64,000 bases of DNA, taken from Candidatus Rifleibacteriota bacterium. Lineage in GTDB: Bacteria > Muiribacteriota > Ozemobacteria > Ozemobacterales > Ozemobacteraceae. The DNA lies in the NCBI GenBank assembly GCA_015233155.1, contig JADFYG010000018.1:11000-74999 (forward strand), read 5' to 3'. Positions 10,401 to 19,383 of the stretch are shown one piece after another (positions within the stretch are counted from its first letter, which is position 1; every line of letters begins with the position of its first letter). The notes under the pieces are model-generated. The model worked only from the letters and a program-made list of their open reading frames with translations. It searched no databases and had not been told where the DNA came from. Both the position numbers and the translations under genes were made by a program.

Positions 10401-10591
10401 ATCTGAACGTCGCTCTTTCTCTGAAAACATCTAATGTGGCATTTGGAAGCAGTTTTTCAGCTTCCATGTCAGATACGGCTTTCAGATTCATAAATCTGAC
10501 GCAGGCAACTACTCCGGCATCTTACACAAATCTTTCGTTCCAGGATCCGGATAACGGCAGCTGCTCGGTAGCAATCATCCGTGTGAAATGA
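7421..10591 (+). CDS. Large lipoprotein: Ig-like (PKD/cadherin-like DPDGD) repeats plus C-terminal M30-like zincin peptidase
   Basis: Lipobox FTG-C plus poly-Gly; four repeats containing A.DPDGD..T..W....G.L; TLVHEFQHLVSY (9983-9997) and WLNEGMS. Confidence 0.8.
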   Translation: MIIMTTVFNTRFSPLVALAILATFIIFTGCGGGGGGGSVGNGPIVDVGTVSGVVIDPTLLASPHGDIRSVGTRSLPGATVFIEEMPSLRTVTDANGAFQMLEVPINQDFHLIVRYDSTSGSGIFRTRSEKLSLTSSIHLIHIDLPVQRANNSVILTVSDTHGNVIPNAQVQVWGETQLTDSAGRVILQMPEGTVEVMVSSPAVTPLSIAVVFATTAPAQVGVTLLPTGSSNRPPQVVLSVASTQIAKGESVVLKAIGTDPDGDPITYAWSAEGGKLGNFGPADTSVTWNAPDADMMATVSVVVSDTRGGQCRAAISFRVGIGGSNRVPNVTATADPVRVMTGGTVTLRATASDPDGDSVSLFWSAPSGLLSTTTGALITWTAPGTEGSFIVTVKATDSKGASTVTTVPITVFSNHAPVVAIVSTSTQSIQGGSLALVASATDPDGDPLTLVWTTSAGSLSATSANNTTWTAPMQYGSSTVTVTASDGRGGVASTSLVLYVPNPVNQSPVILALTPTLTSTFEGQNVSITAAATDPDGDSLTYTWTTTGGSCNPQGAVNTTWIPGSGPATYSVDCTVTDGRGGSAKASVQINVIPVLNLAVGEHSIIDIAAGASVWIPTLTGDERYGLVLFPRTEFAGSYRVLVNGGGSLLLDKNEPAASVRMSQFADAAPRQAETDAVMREHGRSSIPGGTGAASYRSGSKVSLNEVNIGDQQAFSVWNGGGGRVNRTGELRYIGTTCKIFRDTAGYNGYNPSLVTDALIASFAMEFDSRVYPFIMTNYSASDTYARDGDINHDGKVTIFFTPVVNAIGAAGFFDPDDFNAWGATNQRDMFYMWTRDNRYSLAWWNMATIATLVHEFQHLVSYVAHRITFGGSSDEEAWLNEGMSVCSEIRYMGSRDERFDDYQIQPDAFSLLDWPSNAGLGNYGCVGLFGLYVFEQLGTDTIKALVQTKDTGVDNLNARAASRGGLFGLLPDWGVTLFRWGRGLPASAMFDYNLNVALSLKTSNVAFGSSFSASMSDTAFRFINLTQATTPASYTNLSFQDPDNGSCSVAIIRVK

Positions 10592-10719
10592 GGAATTGAA
10601 GAGTCACATTTTCCCAGCTTTGCAAGATTATCGCTTTGTGCGATAATCTTGCAAAGCTGTCTCAGATTCCATTCTTTTGCAGGCCCTGGATTACACCAAA
10701 TAAAAGGAGAATTTTCCCA

Positions 10720-11397
10720 ATGAAACTCTCATCCGCACTCATTGTAGTGTGTCTCGTGGTTTTTTCTGCCTTGATAGTGCCATTTGCCAGTGCGGCGGGC
10801 GACCCGCTCAAAGCCAAGGTTTCGCTTACAAAACCGTATCCAAAGTCATACGAGGAAGCGAAAACCGATAAGATCAGCATTCAATATGCGGTAATCGAAT
10901 TAGTCAAACAGGCTGGTCTGGCATATGACTTCAAAACCTCACTGGCTAATACGAATCCGACCTGCAAGAAATATATAACGCCTCAGATTGATGGCATCAC
11001 ACTTGGAGAGGCTCTTGATAAGATACTCAAACCAGAGGGCCTCGGTTATGAGATTCTTGATGGCAAGATGGTGCTGAAGAAGTTGGGGTCGTCTGTCGGT
11101 GCTGGCGGCAACCCGCTTACAGTCAAAGTTTCACTTACAAAACCATACCCGGAGTCATATAAGGGCACGAGAACCGATAAGATCAGCCTCCAGTATGCGG
11201 TAATCGAACTGGCTAAGCAGGCTGGTCTGGCATATGACTTCAATACCTCGCAGGCTAACACGAAACCGACCTGCACAAAATATATCACACCTCAGATTGA
11301 GGGCATCACACTTGGAGAAGCTCTTGATAAGATACTCAAACCAGAGGGTCTCGGTTATGAGATTCTTGATGGCAAAATAGTATTGAAGAAACTGTGA
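10720..11397 (+). CDS. Secreted protein with two tandem ~100-aa STN-like domains
   Basis: RBS AGGAGA 10705-10710 favours ATG 10720 over the track start; signal peptide; two near-identical repeats (KVSLTKPYP...ISxQYAVIEL.KQAGLAYDF...ITLGEALDKILKPEGLGYEILDGK.VLKKL). Confidence 0.7.
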   Translation: MKLSSALIVVCLVVFSALIVPFASAAGDPLKAKVSLTKPYPKSYEEAKTDKISIQYAVIELVKQAGLAYDFKTSLANTNPTCKKYITPQIDGITLGEALDKILKPEGLGYEILDGKMVLKKLGSSVGAGGNPLTVKVSLTKPYPESYKGTRTDKISLQYAVIELAKQAGLAYDFNTSQANTKPTCTKYITPQIEGITLGEALDKILKPEGLGYEILDGKIVLKKL

Positions 11398-11532
11398 GTT
11401 CCAGAGTTCAGATTTAATCCCGGAATAGGAGGTAGCCATTTTGGTGTTCACTATTGGCGACCTACCTCAATTTGGGATGCTTCGCTTGGAAAATAAATTC
11501 CTATCTGAACGATGTGGGGGTTAGGTGTTTGC

Positions 11533-14500
11533 ATGAGACGGACGATTTCAAGAGGCATGTTTCTGGTGGCCCTGTTCCTGTTCCTGTGGAATCTGAGCGG
11601 GTGTAATTTCCTGTCGGGGTCCAAGCCGATGGAGTCCGGGATCGCCGGGAACGCCCCCGAGGGTGTAGGCAGTCTCAAGTTCCAGATGGTTTTACCGCAG
11701 GAGCCGAATCCGCCGCTGGGCGGTGTACGGGCGGCGACCGGGAGCGGGACCTGCACCGTGACCTTCCGAGTCATCCTCGGAAATCCTGGTAACACCAGCA
11801 ATCTGACCCAGACCCTTACCCGCACCGTCCCCGTCAACCCCGACGGCAGCGCCAACACGATCTTTCCCGGTCTTCCCCTCAAGCCCGTAGTTGCCCTTAT
11901 CAATATCGGGGGGGGGGCACTACGGCGGCTTCACTGACTTTCAAGGCGCGACGGAGCTGAACCCGGGCGAGAACACGATGGACATGGTGCCGTCTGGATG
12001 CGGGCTTCCCGCCGACGTCCTGGCCAACACCCTACAGTCGATTTTCCTGTCACCCGGGTTGATGATGAACTCGCATCCGGGCATAGTCAACACATTGCGC
12101 ACGATCATACAACCTTTGTTCGACACGACTGGAAAACTTCTGACGGGTGTCGATCCGACATCAATCAGCAACCAGACTCTCGACAGTTTCGTCCGCCGGA
12201 CGTTGCCGGCGACCATTCCCCACCTCGAGATTGCCTCTGACGGAGTCACGCTGCTCGCCCTGGCAAACCAGACCGAGACCTGGCGTCGCTCGCCCGGCCA
12301 GGTGCTTGCCTACACCGGCAGCGGCCTCACCGACGCCGCCAACTGGAAGATCCAGCGCCTGTTCTGTAACGGCGTCGACGGCTTCGCTTACGTGGGCTAT
12401 ACCGACGCCATGGGCGCCCGCTCGGCGCTGGCTCGCATAGACCTGACGACGGCCTCCACCACAGGCATCTGCCTTAACCAGGGCCCACTCAACCAAGGCA
12501 TCGTGTTGCCCGACACGTCGGTCGTCCTGGGCGGTGTCGAGGGGGTGGGCAAGACCCCGATCCTGGCCCGCTGGAGCGGCGCTGGTGCGGTCGACACGGC
12601 CGTTGGTACCGGCTTCTTCTGGTCACCCCGCAAGTTCTCCGAAATCTCGCTAACCAACACCGCGATCGGCGTTTCCGGCATCCAGTTCGACGGCAACGAT
12701 ACGCTGATCGTCGCATTCCCCGGCACCGTAGCCGGCATGGTTCGCACCTACCGCATCGCGATCGCGACCGGGCTGGGCGGTCCCCAGTTCACCGGCGCCA
12801 TCGTGAACTCCCCCCCACTCATCACGATCGTGCAGCCCGCCCCCGGCGCAATTTTCCCTGTCGGTATGCAGATCCCAATCGAGGCCCAAGCCCGCGATCT
12901 CGACGGCACCATTGCGAACATGCAGATTCTGAAGGACGGCCAGTTGGTCGCCTCCTCGACCACCGCCGCCTGCACGTATTCGTTCACGCCCACGACGGCA
13001 GGCTCCTACACTTTCCAGGTCTCCGCCTGGGACAATCTTGGGGCCTCCACCACTTGGCAACTTCCGGTCATAGTCGCTCCAGCCTCGACCACGGTTCGTT
13101 CTCTGCTCGGAATTTCTCTGGCCACCCACACGATACTCCTTACATCGGCCACCGGAACATTCGATCTGGCGACAATCGGAGTCAACGCCTCGTATTCAGA
13201 TCTGACCATTGCCTCTGTAACCCGGGTCGAATGGAGTCTAGCCAGCGGGAGCGGCTCTCTCGTTGGAACCATCTTCCAGGCTTCCGGCACCGGCGCCCTC
13301 CTCGCCTGCACCTACTCAGAAGGCGGCCTCCGCCGGGTCGACACCTTGGGCATCACCATTCCGGGCCTGCCAGCTCCCCGAACTTTGGTGGGAATCTCGC
13401 TGGCCACCAACACCGTCATCCTTCTGTCGGCCACAGGAACGTTTGATCTTGCTACGATTGGGGTTGTCGCCTCTTACTCCAACCAGACCATCGCCTCGGT
13501 TACCAACGTGAACTGGAACTTGGCCAGTGGTTCGGGCGCCATCGTTGGCACCGTGTTTCAGGCATCCGGCACCGCAGCCATCCTCACGTGCTCCTATTCC
13601 GAGAGCAGCATCACCCGGATCGCAACCCTGAGCGTCGCCGTCCCCAGCCTTCCCAATTCAGGGGCAATGCGCACCATCGCCGCCGGCGGCAACTGGAACG
13701 CCTCCGCCACCTGGGTCTATGGCCGGAGTCCCCCGCCAGTGACTCCGTCGAGATCAACGGCACGGTCACCATCTCCCAGAATGCTAGCTGCGCAACCGCC
13801 ACCATCAACCCCGTTGCCACTCTGCGTGGCAACGCCACTCTGGCGGTCACCGGAAGTTTGGTAAACAACGGGAACATTAGTGATGGGGTCGGTGATTGGT
13901 TTTATGTGTATGTCAAAGGAGATCTCACGAACAGCGGTTCCATTTCTAATCGTTCATTTATTACCGATGGGGCCATCACGAACAACGGTACTATGTCCAA
14001 TTATTATTTGTCCCTCTGTAAAAATCTAACATGGAACAGCGGCAGTTTCGCGCCATCAAATCTCTATTTCAATGGAGCAGCCGAGCAGGTCGTAACCTTG
14101 GCGTCCGGTTTGCCAAACGTTTCATGCACTGGAAGTAACAAGAATTTGCGCATGGAGAGCGATCTCATTTTCTCTCAACTCTCCCTCGGTGGAGATGCTC
14201 TATTGAACATGAATTCCCACAAATTGGCTGGCGTAAATGGTGGTATCATTTCCGGGATTGCCACTTTTTCGAACGTGAACACTGTGGAAGGACTCATCAC
14301 ACTCAGCGGTGGGTCGCCAACTGTTATCGGTGATTTGACGGTGGCCTCTGCGGCCACTCTGCGTGGCCGCGCCAATCTGGCGGTTACCGGAAGTTTGGTA
14401 AACAACGGGAACATTAGTGATGGGGTCGGTGATTGGTTTTATGTGTATGTCAAAGGGGATCTCACGAACAACGGTTCCATTTCTAATCGCTCATTTATTA

Positions 14501-14925
14501 CCGATGGGGCCATCACAAACACGGGGTCCTTTTCGCCAAGGTATTTTGGAGCTTACGTCAGGTATCTCTCCATTTGGGATTCAAGAAATCCCCCGAACGG
14601 TTGGTCTGACAAGTTCACGAATGGGAACAATGGGCTGGGTACGATGAATTTTGTTCCCAGGATCGATGGGCCGTTGAGTTCCGGTTTTCGAGTCGACTAC
14701 ACTCTCACCAACAACAGCGGGGCCAGTGTGAGTGGTTCGAAAGATATCAGCGGCGTGAACTGGGCAACGGAGGGTCGCTACTCCGGGCAAGGCTATGCCA
14801 ACGTATATTTCCAGTTCAACTACCCCTCAGCCACCGGCACATACAAGATGACCGCCTCGCTCATCGATTCCTATGGCCAGATCATTTCCACAATCGGCAG
14901 CGAAAACACCATCACCTTCCCCTGA
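11533..14925 (+). pseudogene. Large surface lipoprotein (~1130 aa if repaired) split into three ORFs by frameshifts at G10 (11908-11917) and C5 (13730-13734)
   Basis: Lipobox LSG-C. Track ORFs 11512-11937, 11891-13864 and 13588-14925 join seamlessly if G10 becomes G9 (INIGGG-HYGGFTDF) and C5 becomes C6 (WVYGRSPP-ASDSVEING). Contains Ig-like domains and a beta-helix-like C-terminus. Confidence 0.8.
13816..14521 (+). repeat. Near-identical ~169-bp intragenic direct repeat (13816-13984 and 14353-14521)
   Basis: Both copies encode ATLRG.A.LAVTGSLVNNGNISDGVGDWFYVYVKGDLTN.GSISNRSFITDGAITN; offset 537 bp. Confidence 0.9.
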
Positions 14926-15052
14926 GATCAGGCCTCCCAATTCCCAGAAACAAACATGGCAAGTTTTCGTAAAGAGATTGTCCTAAAGGTTATTCTCAGA
15001 TATGATTCTGCGAATATTGAATGTCCTGGCAATACTAAACAGGGAGTAACCA

Positions 15053-15505
15053 ATGGAAAGCATAAAAAATGACTTTGAGGGTCTTATTGATTTATCAGTT
15101 GCATTGCATAAACCAATCATAAGAGATACCAAATTAACCGTTGAACAGATCTTGGATCTTTTTGCTGAAGGAAAAACTGAAGACGAAATTTTGCGAATAT
15201 ATCCCTACCTGACCGAAAAACATATACGCGCTGTTTTCGATTTTACACGTTCTGTTTTTCAGCAGTTCAAGTTTATTTCAGAGCCTCCAATTGATAAAAC
15301 CGAGAATGCGGAAACCACGTTGAAGAACTCCAAGAGATCTTCAAAGAAGAAGACTGTGACGAGAGAGAAAACATTTACTCCCAAGACTTCGCTCGCAAAA
15401 AAACTTTGGAAGTTCAGGCAGGAAATTGTGGCATCAGATGCTCGTCTCCTTTCCATGGATGAAATTCGTCAGGAAGTTTGCAATCGCAGGGGAGAACGCG
15501 AGTGA
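15053..15505 (+). CDS. DUF433-domain antitoxin-like protein with an extra C-terminal antitoxin-like segment
   Basis: KPIIRDTKLTVEQILDLFAEGKTEDEILRIYPYLT (DUF433); Lys-rich linker; stop overlaps the GTG of the PIN gene. Confidence 0.75.
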   Translation: MESIKNDFEGLIDLSVALHKPIIRDTKLTVEQILDLFAEGKTEDEILRIYPYLTEKHIRAVFDFTRSVFQQFKFISEPPIDKTENAETTLKNSKRSSKKKTVTREKTFTPKTSLAKKLWKFRQEIVASDARLLSMDEIRQEVCNRRGERE

Positions 15506-15954
15506 AGAAAACATATCTGGATTCCAGCGTTCTCATCGCTGCTGCCAGAGGATTGGAACCTAATGCAAATAAAGCATTTGATATTCTCAACGATCCGGAT
15601 CGATAATTTGTTGCCAGTATTTTTCTCAAGTTGGAACTGCTTCCCAAGTCAGTGTTTCATAAACAAGAGGCTGAAAAGAAGCTATATCAGCAGTATTTTG
15701 CCCAGATTTCCCAATGGGCAGCAGCAACGGACGAAATGATTGAAAAGACAATCAAATTAGCGGGACTTTATAATTTGTCCAGTATTGATGCCATACATGC
15801 CGCCTCCGCCATTGCGCTGAAAGCCGACGAATTTATCACAGGAGAGAAGCCGGGCAAACCACTATTCAGGATTCGAAATTTGACGGTCATAGGCTTGGAG
15901 CAGAGCGGTGACACCAATACAAGCTATTTTGCAATTCAGCAAACTATAAAGTGA
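15502..15954 (+). pseudogene. PIN-domain (VapC-like) toxin interrupted by an in-frame TAA
   Basis: GTG 15502: MKKTYLDSSVLIAAARG...ILNDPDR*FVASIFLKLELLP...IDAIHAASAIALKADEFITGEK; stop at 15604-15606; the track shows only the 3' part. Confidence 0.85.
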
Positions 15955-15978
15955 ATAGCGTGTAAAAATTAAAACACG

Positions 15979-16007
15979 TTGACACGTAAACGTGAAATCA
16001 ATATATT
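15979..16007 (+). promoter_or_regulatory. Sigma70-type promoter with overlapping palindromic operator, upstream of the second TA module
   Basis: TTGACA (15979-15984), 17 bp, TATATT (16002-16007); palindrome CACGT-AA-ACGTG at 15983-15994. Confidence 0.7.
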
Positions 16008-16156
16008 CTCCTCACACCCTCATAGAGGGAGAAAAACATGAATGGTTGCCGGGTTCCCACGCATGATGTATTTGGATTCCTGCTTTGGTTTGGAACAAGG
16101 CCCAAAGAAACAGCAGGAAATATATAACGCAATGAAACAACTGGAGAACAAAGATA

Positions 16157-16435
16157 ATGAAAAACATAGCGTTCAAAATTGAAGACGAACTTCACCAAGG
16201 GTTGAAGATAGGTGCGACACTTGAGGGAAAAACCATCGCCGAGGTCTTAAAAGACCTGATAAAACAATGGGTGCGAGGGAAAGATCCATTTGTTCGACAA
16301 TTACAGGCTATGCCTATCACCGATGAAGACATTTCAACGGAAACAATGCAGGCTATCAAAGAAGCGCAATCCGAAAAAAGTGCCGGAAATTGGGACGAAC
16401 TTTCAAAAAAACTTCCATTACCAAAGCGAAAGTAA
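16157..16435 (+). CDS. Putative ribbon-helix-helix antitoxin
   Basis: MKNIAFKIEDELHQGLKIGATLEGKTIAEVLKDLI (RHH-like); immediately upstream of a RelE-like gene. Confidence 0.7.
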   Translation: MKNIAFKIEDELHQGLKIGATLEGKTIAEVLKDLIKQWVRGKDPFVRQLQAMPITDEDISTETMQAIKEAQSEKSAGNWDELSKKLPLPKRK

Positions 16436-16441
16436 CCACAG

Positions 16442-16687
16442 ATGCCGCTGAAAGCCGAGTTCCGACCCAGGTTCAAAAAGAATCTTAAAGCTTTTCCTGT
16501 GAACGACCAGGCGAACATCAATGAGGCCCTGAACAATTTCCTCCGCAAAAACGGAAAATTTGATGTTATCAGGCTCGATGCAAACCTATGGCGGTTAAAG
16601 ATGGGAGACTGGCGAATATTCTTCGAGTTCAATGGAGATATAATCGTCTTCCTGAACGTCGAACGCCGAACCAGCAAGACCTATTGA
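16442..16687 (+). CDS. RelE/ParE-superfamily toxin
   Basis: 81 aa; FKKNLKAF...LWRLKMGDWRIFFE...VERR, the RelE-type pattern. Confidence 0.8.
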   Translation: MPLKAEFRPRFKKNLKAFPVNDQANINEALNNFLRKNGKFDVIRLDANLWRLKMGDWRIFFEFNGDIIVFLNVERRTSKTY

Positions 16688-16837
16688 TGCCGCTAATCGC
16701 GAAAACGCTGAATACGACAAATGATCAGAACAGTTTCACCCGATCGTGGACTTTCCAGTCCTTCTGACCCGCGATTGGCTATGCTGTTTATGCCGTTGGT
16801 CCAAGAATCTTGCGTCACCAGAACGAGGATGATAATA

Positions 16838-16847
16838 TGTATATACA
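16838..16847. promoter_or_regulatory. Palindromic putative operator of the third TA module
   Basis: Perfect palindrome TGTATATACA about 40 bp upstream of the antitoxin start. Confidence 0.4.
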
Positions 16848-16884
16848 ATAATGCGTCATTTAGGAAATCAGGAGGCAGCCATTT

Positions 16885-17139
16885 GTGACCACAACTATGA
16901 TAATTCGAATCGACGATTTCAAAAAGGAACGAGTTTCTCAACTGGCCAAACGGGAGGGCAAATCCGTCAGCACCCTTCTTCGGGAGTTAATCGACTCATA
17001 CCTGAGAGAGCGTGATGCATCCCTGTATATTGATGATCTTTGGCAAAGGATTGGCCAGAGAATGAAGGGCACCGGAATTGACTCAGAAGATAAAATTGAT
17101 CAACTGATTCATGAAGTTCGCAAGGATCGTCGCCGGTGA
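16885..17139 (+). CDS. CopG/RHH antitoxin
   Basis: MIIRIDDFKKERVSQLAKREGKSVSTLLRELID (RHH); 4-nt overlap with the PIN gene. Confidence 0.8.
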   Translation: MTTTMIIRIDDFKKERVSQLAKREGKSVSTLLRELIDSYLRERDASLYIDDLWQRIGQRMKGTGIDSEDKIDQLIHEVRKDRRR

Positions 17140-17558
17140 AAGTCGTTCTTGATACCAACGTTTTCATTTCTTCATTTCTTGGCAAAGGTCCCCCGCACCA
17201 AATTGTAAAAAGATGGACTCAAGGGGAATTCGACCTTTGTTTGACTCCTGAGATTATTGACGAATACGTAGAGATACTCAATCGAGCAGGGGTTGAAGAA
17301 GAACCATATGTTAAGGAAGTTCTGGATATAATAAAACGACAGGGAAACATTGTTTTTTCATCCAAACCAATGAAGTGCTCAGTTGTGATGGATGATCCCG
17401 ATGACGATAAATTCATTGCATGTGCTTTGTCTTGTGAGGCGAAGATTATCGTATCAGGCGATTCACATCTATTGAATATCATCAAGTATATTGATATTGA
17501 GATTATTAGGTCCCGTGCCTTTTTGAATATACTTGAGCGTAATTCCGACAACGTATAG
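17136..17558 (+). CDS. PIN-family putative toxin
   Basis: MKVVLDTNVFIS, DPDDDKFIACAL, IIVSGDSHLL: intact acidic PIN residues. Confidence 0.9.
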   Translation: MKVVLDTNVFISSFLGKGPPHQIVKRWTQGEFDLCLTPEIIDEYVEILNRAGVEEEPYVKEVLDIIKRQGNIVFSSKPMKCSVVMDDPDDDKFIACALSCEAKIIVSGDSHLLNIIKYIDIEIIRSRAFLNILERNSDNV

Positions 17559-17710
17559 CATATACGTTCCGGCGAAATGCCGGCATTTATATTTTCATCG
17601 CAAAACCCTTACACATACATAAGTCGAGGGGGTTCACCCATCCCCGAGTGTGACACTAAACACTATTAGCAGCGTCAAAAGGACGTCCAGCACGCACAAA
17701 CACTTCAGCG

Positions 17711-19084
17711 TCAGAGTGGGGTTTTGCCAAGCCAGCCCGTAATCATTGAAGCCGCAGCGCCGAGTGTTACCGTGACCTGTTCTCCGCTGGCAAGGTTTTT
17801 GAGCGTGATGTTGCCGGCCTTTAATTCGTCTTCGCCCAGCATGGCGGCCACTTTCACATGAATTGATTCGGCATATCCAAGCTGTTTCCCGATTTTCGGA
17901 GTTTCGGGATAAACTTCGATGCGAAGACCAGCCTGGCGCAACAAATTGGCAATGCGAAGGATTCCGGCCGCCGGAACCTCGGCAAAACGACAGAGCAATA
18001 CTTCCGGCCCCGTCATCAATGGTGGCATCAGCTTCCGCTCCTCAAGGACGAGAATGAGACGTTCGAAACCAATTGAAAAGCCGACGGCCGGGATTGACCG
18101 ATTCGAAAACATTCCGATGAGGTTGTCGTATCTCCCACCCCCGCCAAGACTGCCCTTGATGTCGGCAGCGCGAATTTCGAAGATAGGGCCGGTATAATAG
18201 CCGAGGCCACGTGCCAGCGATGCGTCAATTTTGAAAAGAGGGCCCGCCATACTGTCAGCAGCCACCTCAAGGAGTTGCCGTAGCTCATCGATAGACTTTA
18301 CGGCTTCCTCATTTGAGGCAAGAGCGGTTCTCAGACGGTCGAGTTCGGCTACTTCGGTGAGACCGTCAGGACGCCGTAATACTTCGAGAAGCTTCCTCCC
18401 TGACTCAGGAGTGATCCCACGTGTATCCAACTCCTTCAAAACTCCGTCTTCATTGATCTTGTCGAGTTTGTCCACTGCGACGAGAGCGCTCTCTTCGTGC
18501 CCTGCTGTGATTCCGGATGCGGCAATGAGACCGCGCAAAAGGCAACGGTGATTTAAATGAATTGCGACGTTCGTGAGTCCGAGACGGGAAAGCGTCATCG
18601 CCACCGCGTTACAAATATCGGCCTCCGCGAGCAGCGAACTGGTTCCGGTGATATCAACGTCGCATTGGCAGAACTCCCGGAATCGACCTTTTCCGGGGCG
18701 ATCAGCACGCCACACAGGCTGAATCTGATATCGCTTGAAAAAACGTGGAAGCGTGGCGGCGTTATTCGCTATGAAACGTGCAAGAGGCACGGTGAGATCA
18801 TAACGCAGTCCGGTTTCGGCGAGATCTTTTTCAGCGGGCTTGCCTTCGAGTGCCCGGGACAGTTTATCCCGGCGATGCAACAGTCTGAATAACAACTGAT
18901 CGCCCTCTTCACCGTATTTCCCAAGCAACGTCGAAAGATTTTCAACAGCGGGAGTCTCGATCTCGACAAAGCCATGTGCTTCAAATACGTCTCGTATAAC
19001 GTTTTCTACGTGACGACGGGCACAAAGCTCCGCGGGGCCGAAGTCGCGCATGCCTGCGGGAGGATTGGTCGAGATGGTACTCAT
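17711..19084 (-). CDS. hisS: Histidine--tRNA ligase
   Basis: GMRDF, LRYDLTVPLAR, RYQIQPVWRADRP.KGRFREF.QCD.D, LARGLGYYTG, GGGRYDNL, GFSIGFERL. Confidence 0.97.
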   Translation of the reverse strand: MSTISTNPPAGMRDFGPAELCARRHVENVIRDVFEAHGFVEIETPAVENLSTLLGKYGEEGDQLLFRLLHRRDKLSRALEGKPAEKDLAETGLRYDLTVPLARFIANNAATLPRFFKRYQIQPVWRADRPGKGRFREFCQCDVDITGTSSLLAEADICNAVAMTLSRLGLTNVAIHLNHRCLLRGLIAASGITAGHEESALVAVDKLDKINEDGVLKELDTRGITPESGRKLLEVLRRPDGLTEVAELDRLRTALASNEEAVKSIDELRQLLEVAADSMAGPLFKIDASLARGLGYYTGPIFEIRAADIKGSLGGGGRYDNLIGMFSNRSIPAVGFSIGFERLILVLEERKLMPPLMTGPEVLLCRFAEVPAAGILRIANLLRQAGLRIEVYPETPKIGKQLGYAESIHVKVAAMLGEDELKAGNITLKNLASGEQVTVTLGAAASMITGWLGKTPL

Positions 19085-19383
19085 ATAAGGCCTCCAGAGA
19101 GATTATTCCATATCTTATCACACATAATGGATTCAGGGCTTATCATATCGTTTGCCCTGATTTTGTCATCAGAAATTTGGCAAGAAGGCCTTTAAATAAT
19201 ATATTTACATAAAGCGCACCCCTGGAAATAGAAATACCAGGGAAAGGCAACCGCTGCGGTGAATCGATTTTTTTCACAATCCTCATTTGCGGATTAGACA
19301 ATAAAATGAGAGAACCCGGTCCTCATCTATATTGATTGGATCATGAATTGTGAGAAAAGTATCACCGAGGGGAGGTGGATTTT

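Noticed and set aside
15604-15606. Recoding (selenocysteine or pyrrolysine) of the stop in the PIN gene
   Set aside because: The codon is TAA, not TGA or TAG, and TAA ends many normal genes in this window.
14926-17710. Integron cassette array explanation for the stacked TA modules
   Set aside because: I could not find paired RYYYAAC/GTTRRRY attC boxes between modules and there is no integrase; a covariance-model search is needed to exclude it fully.
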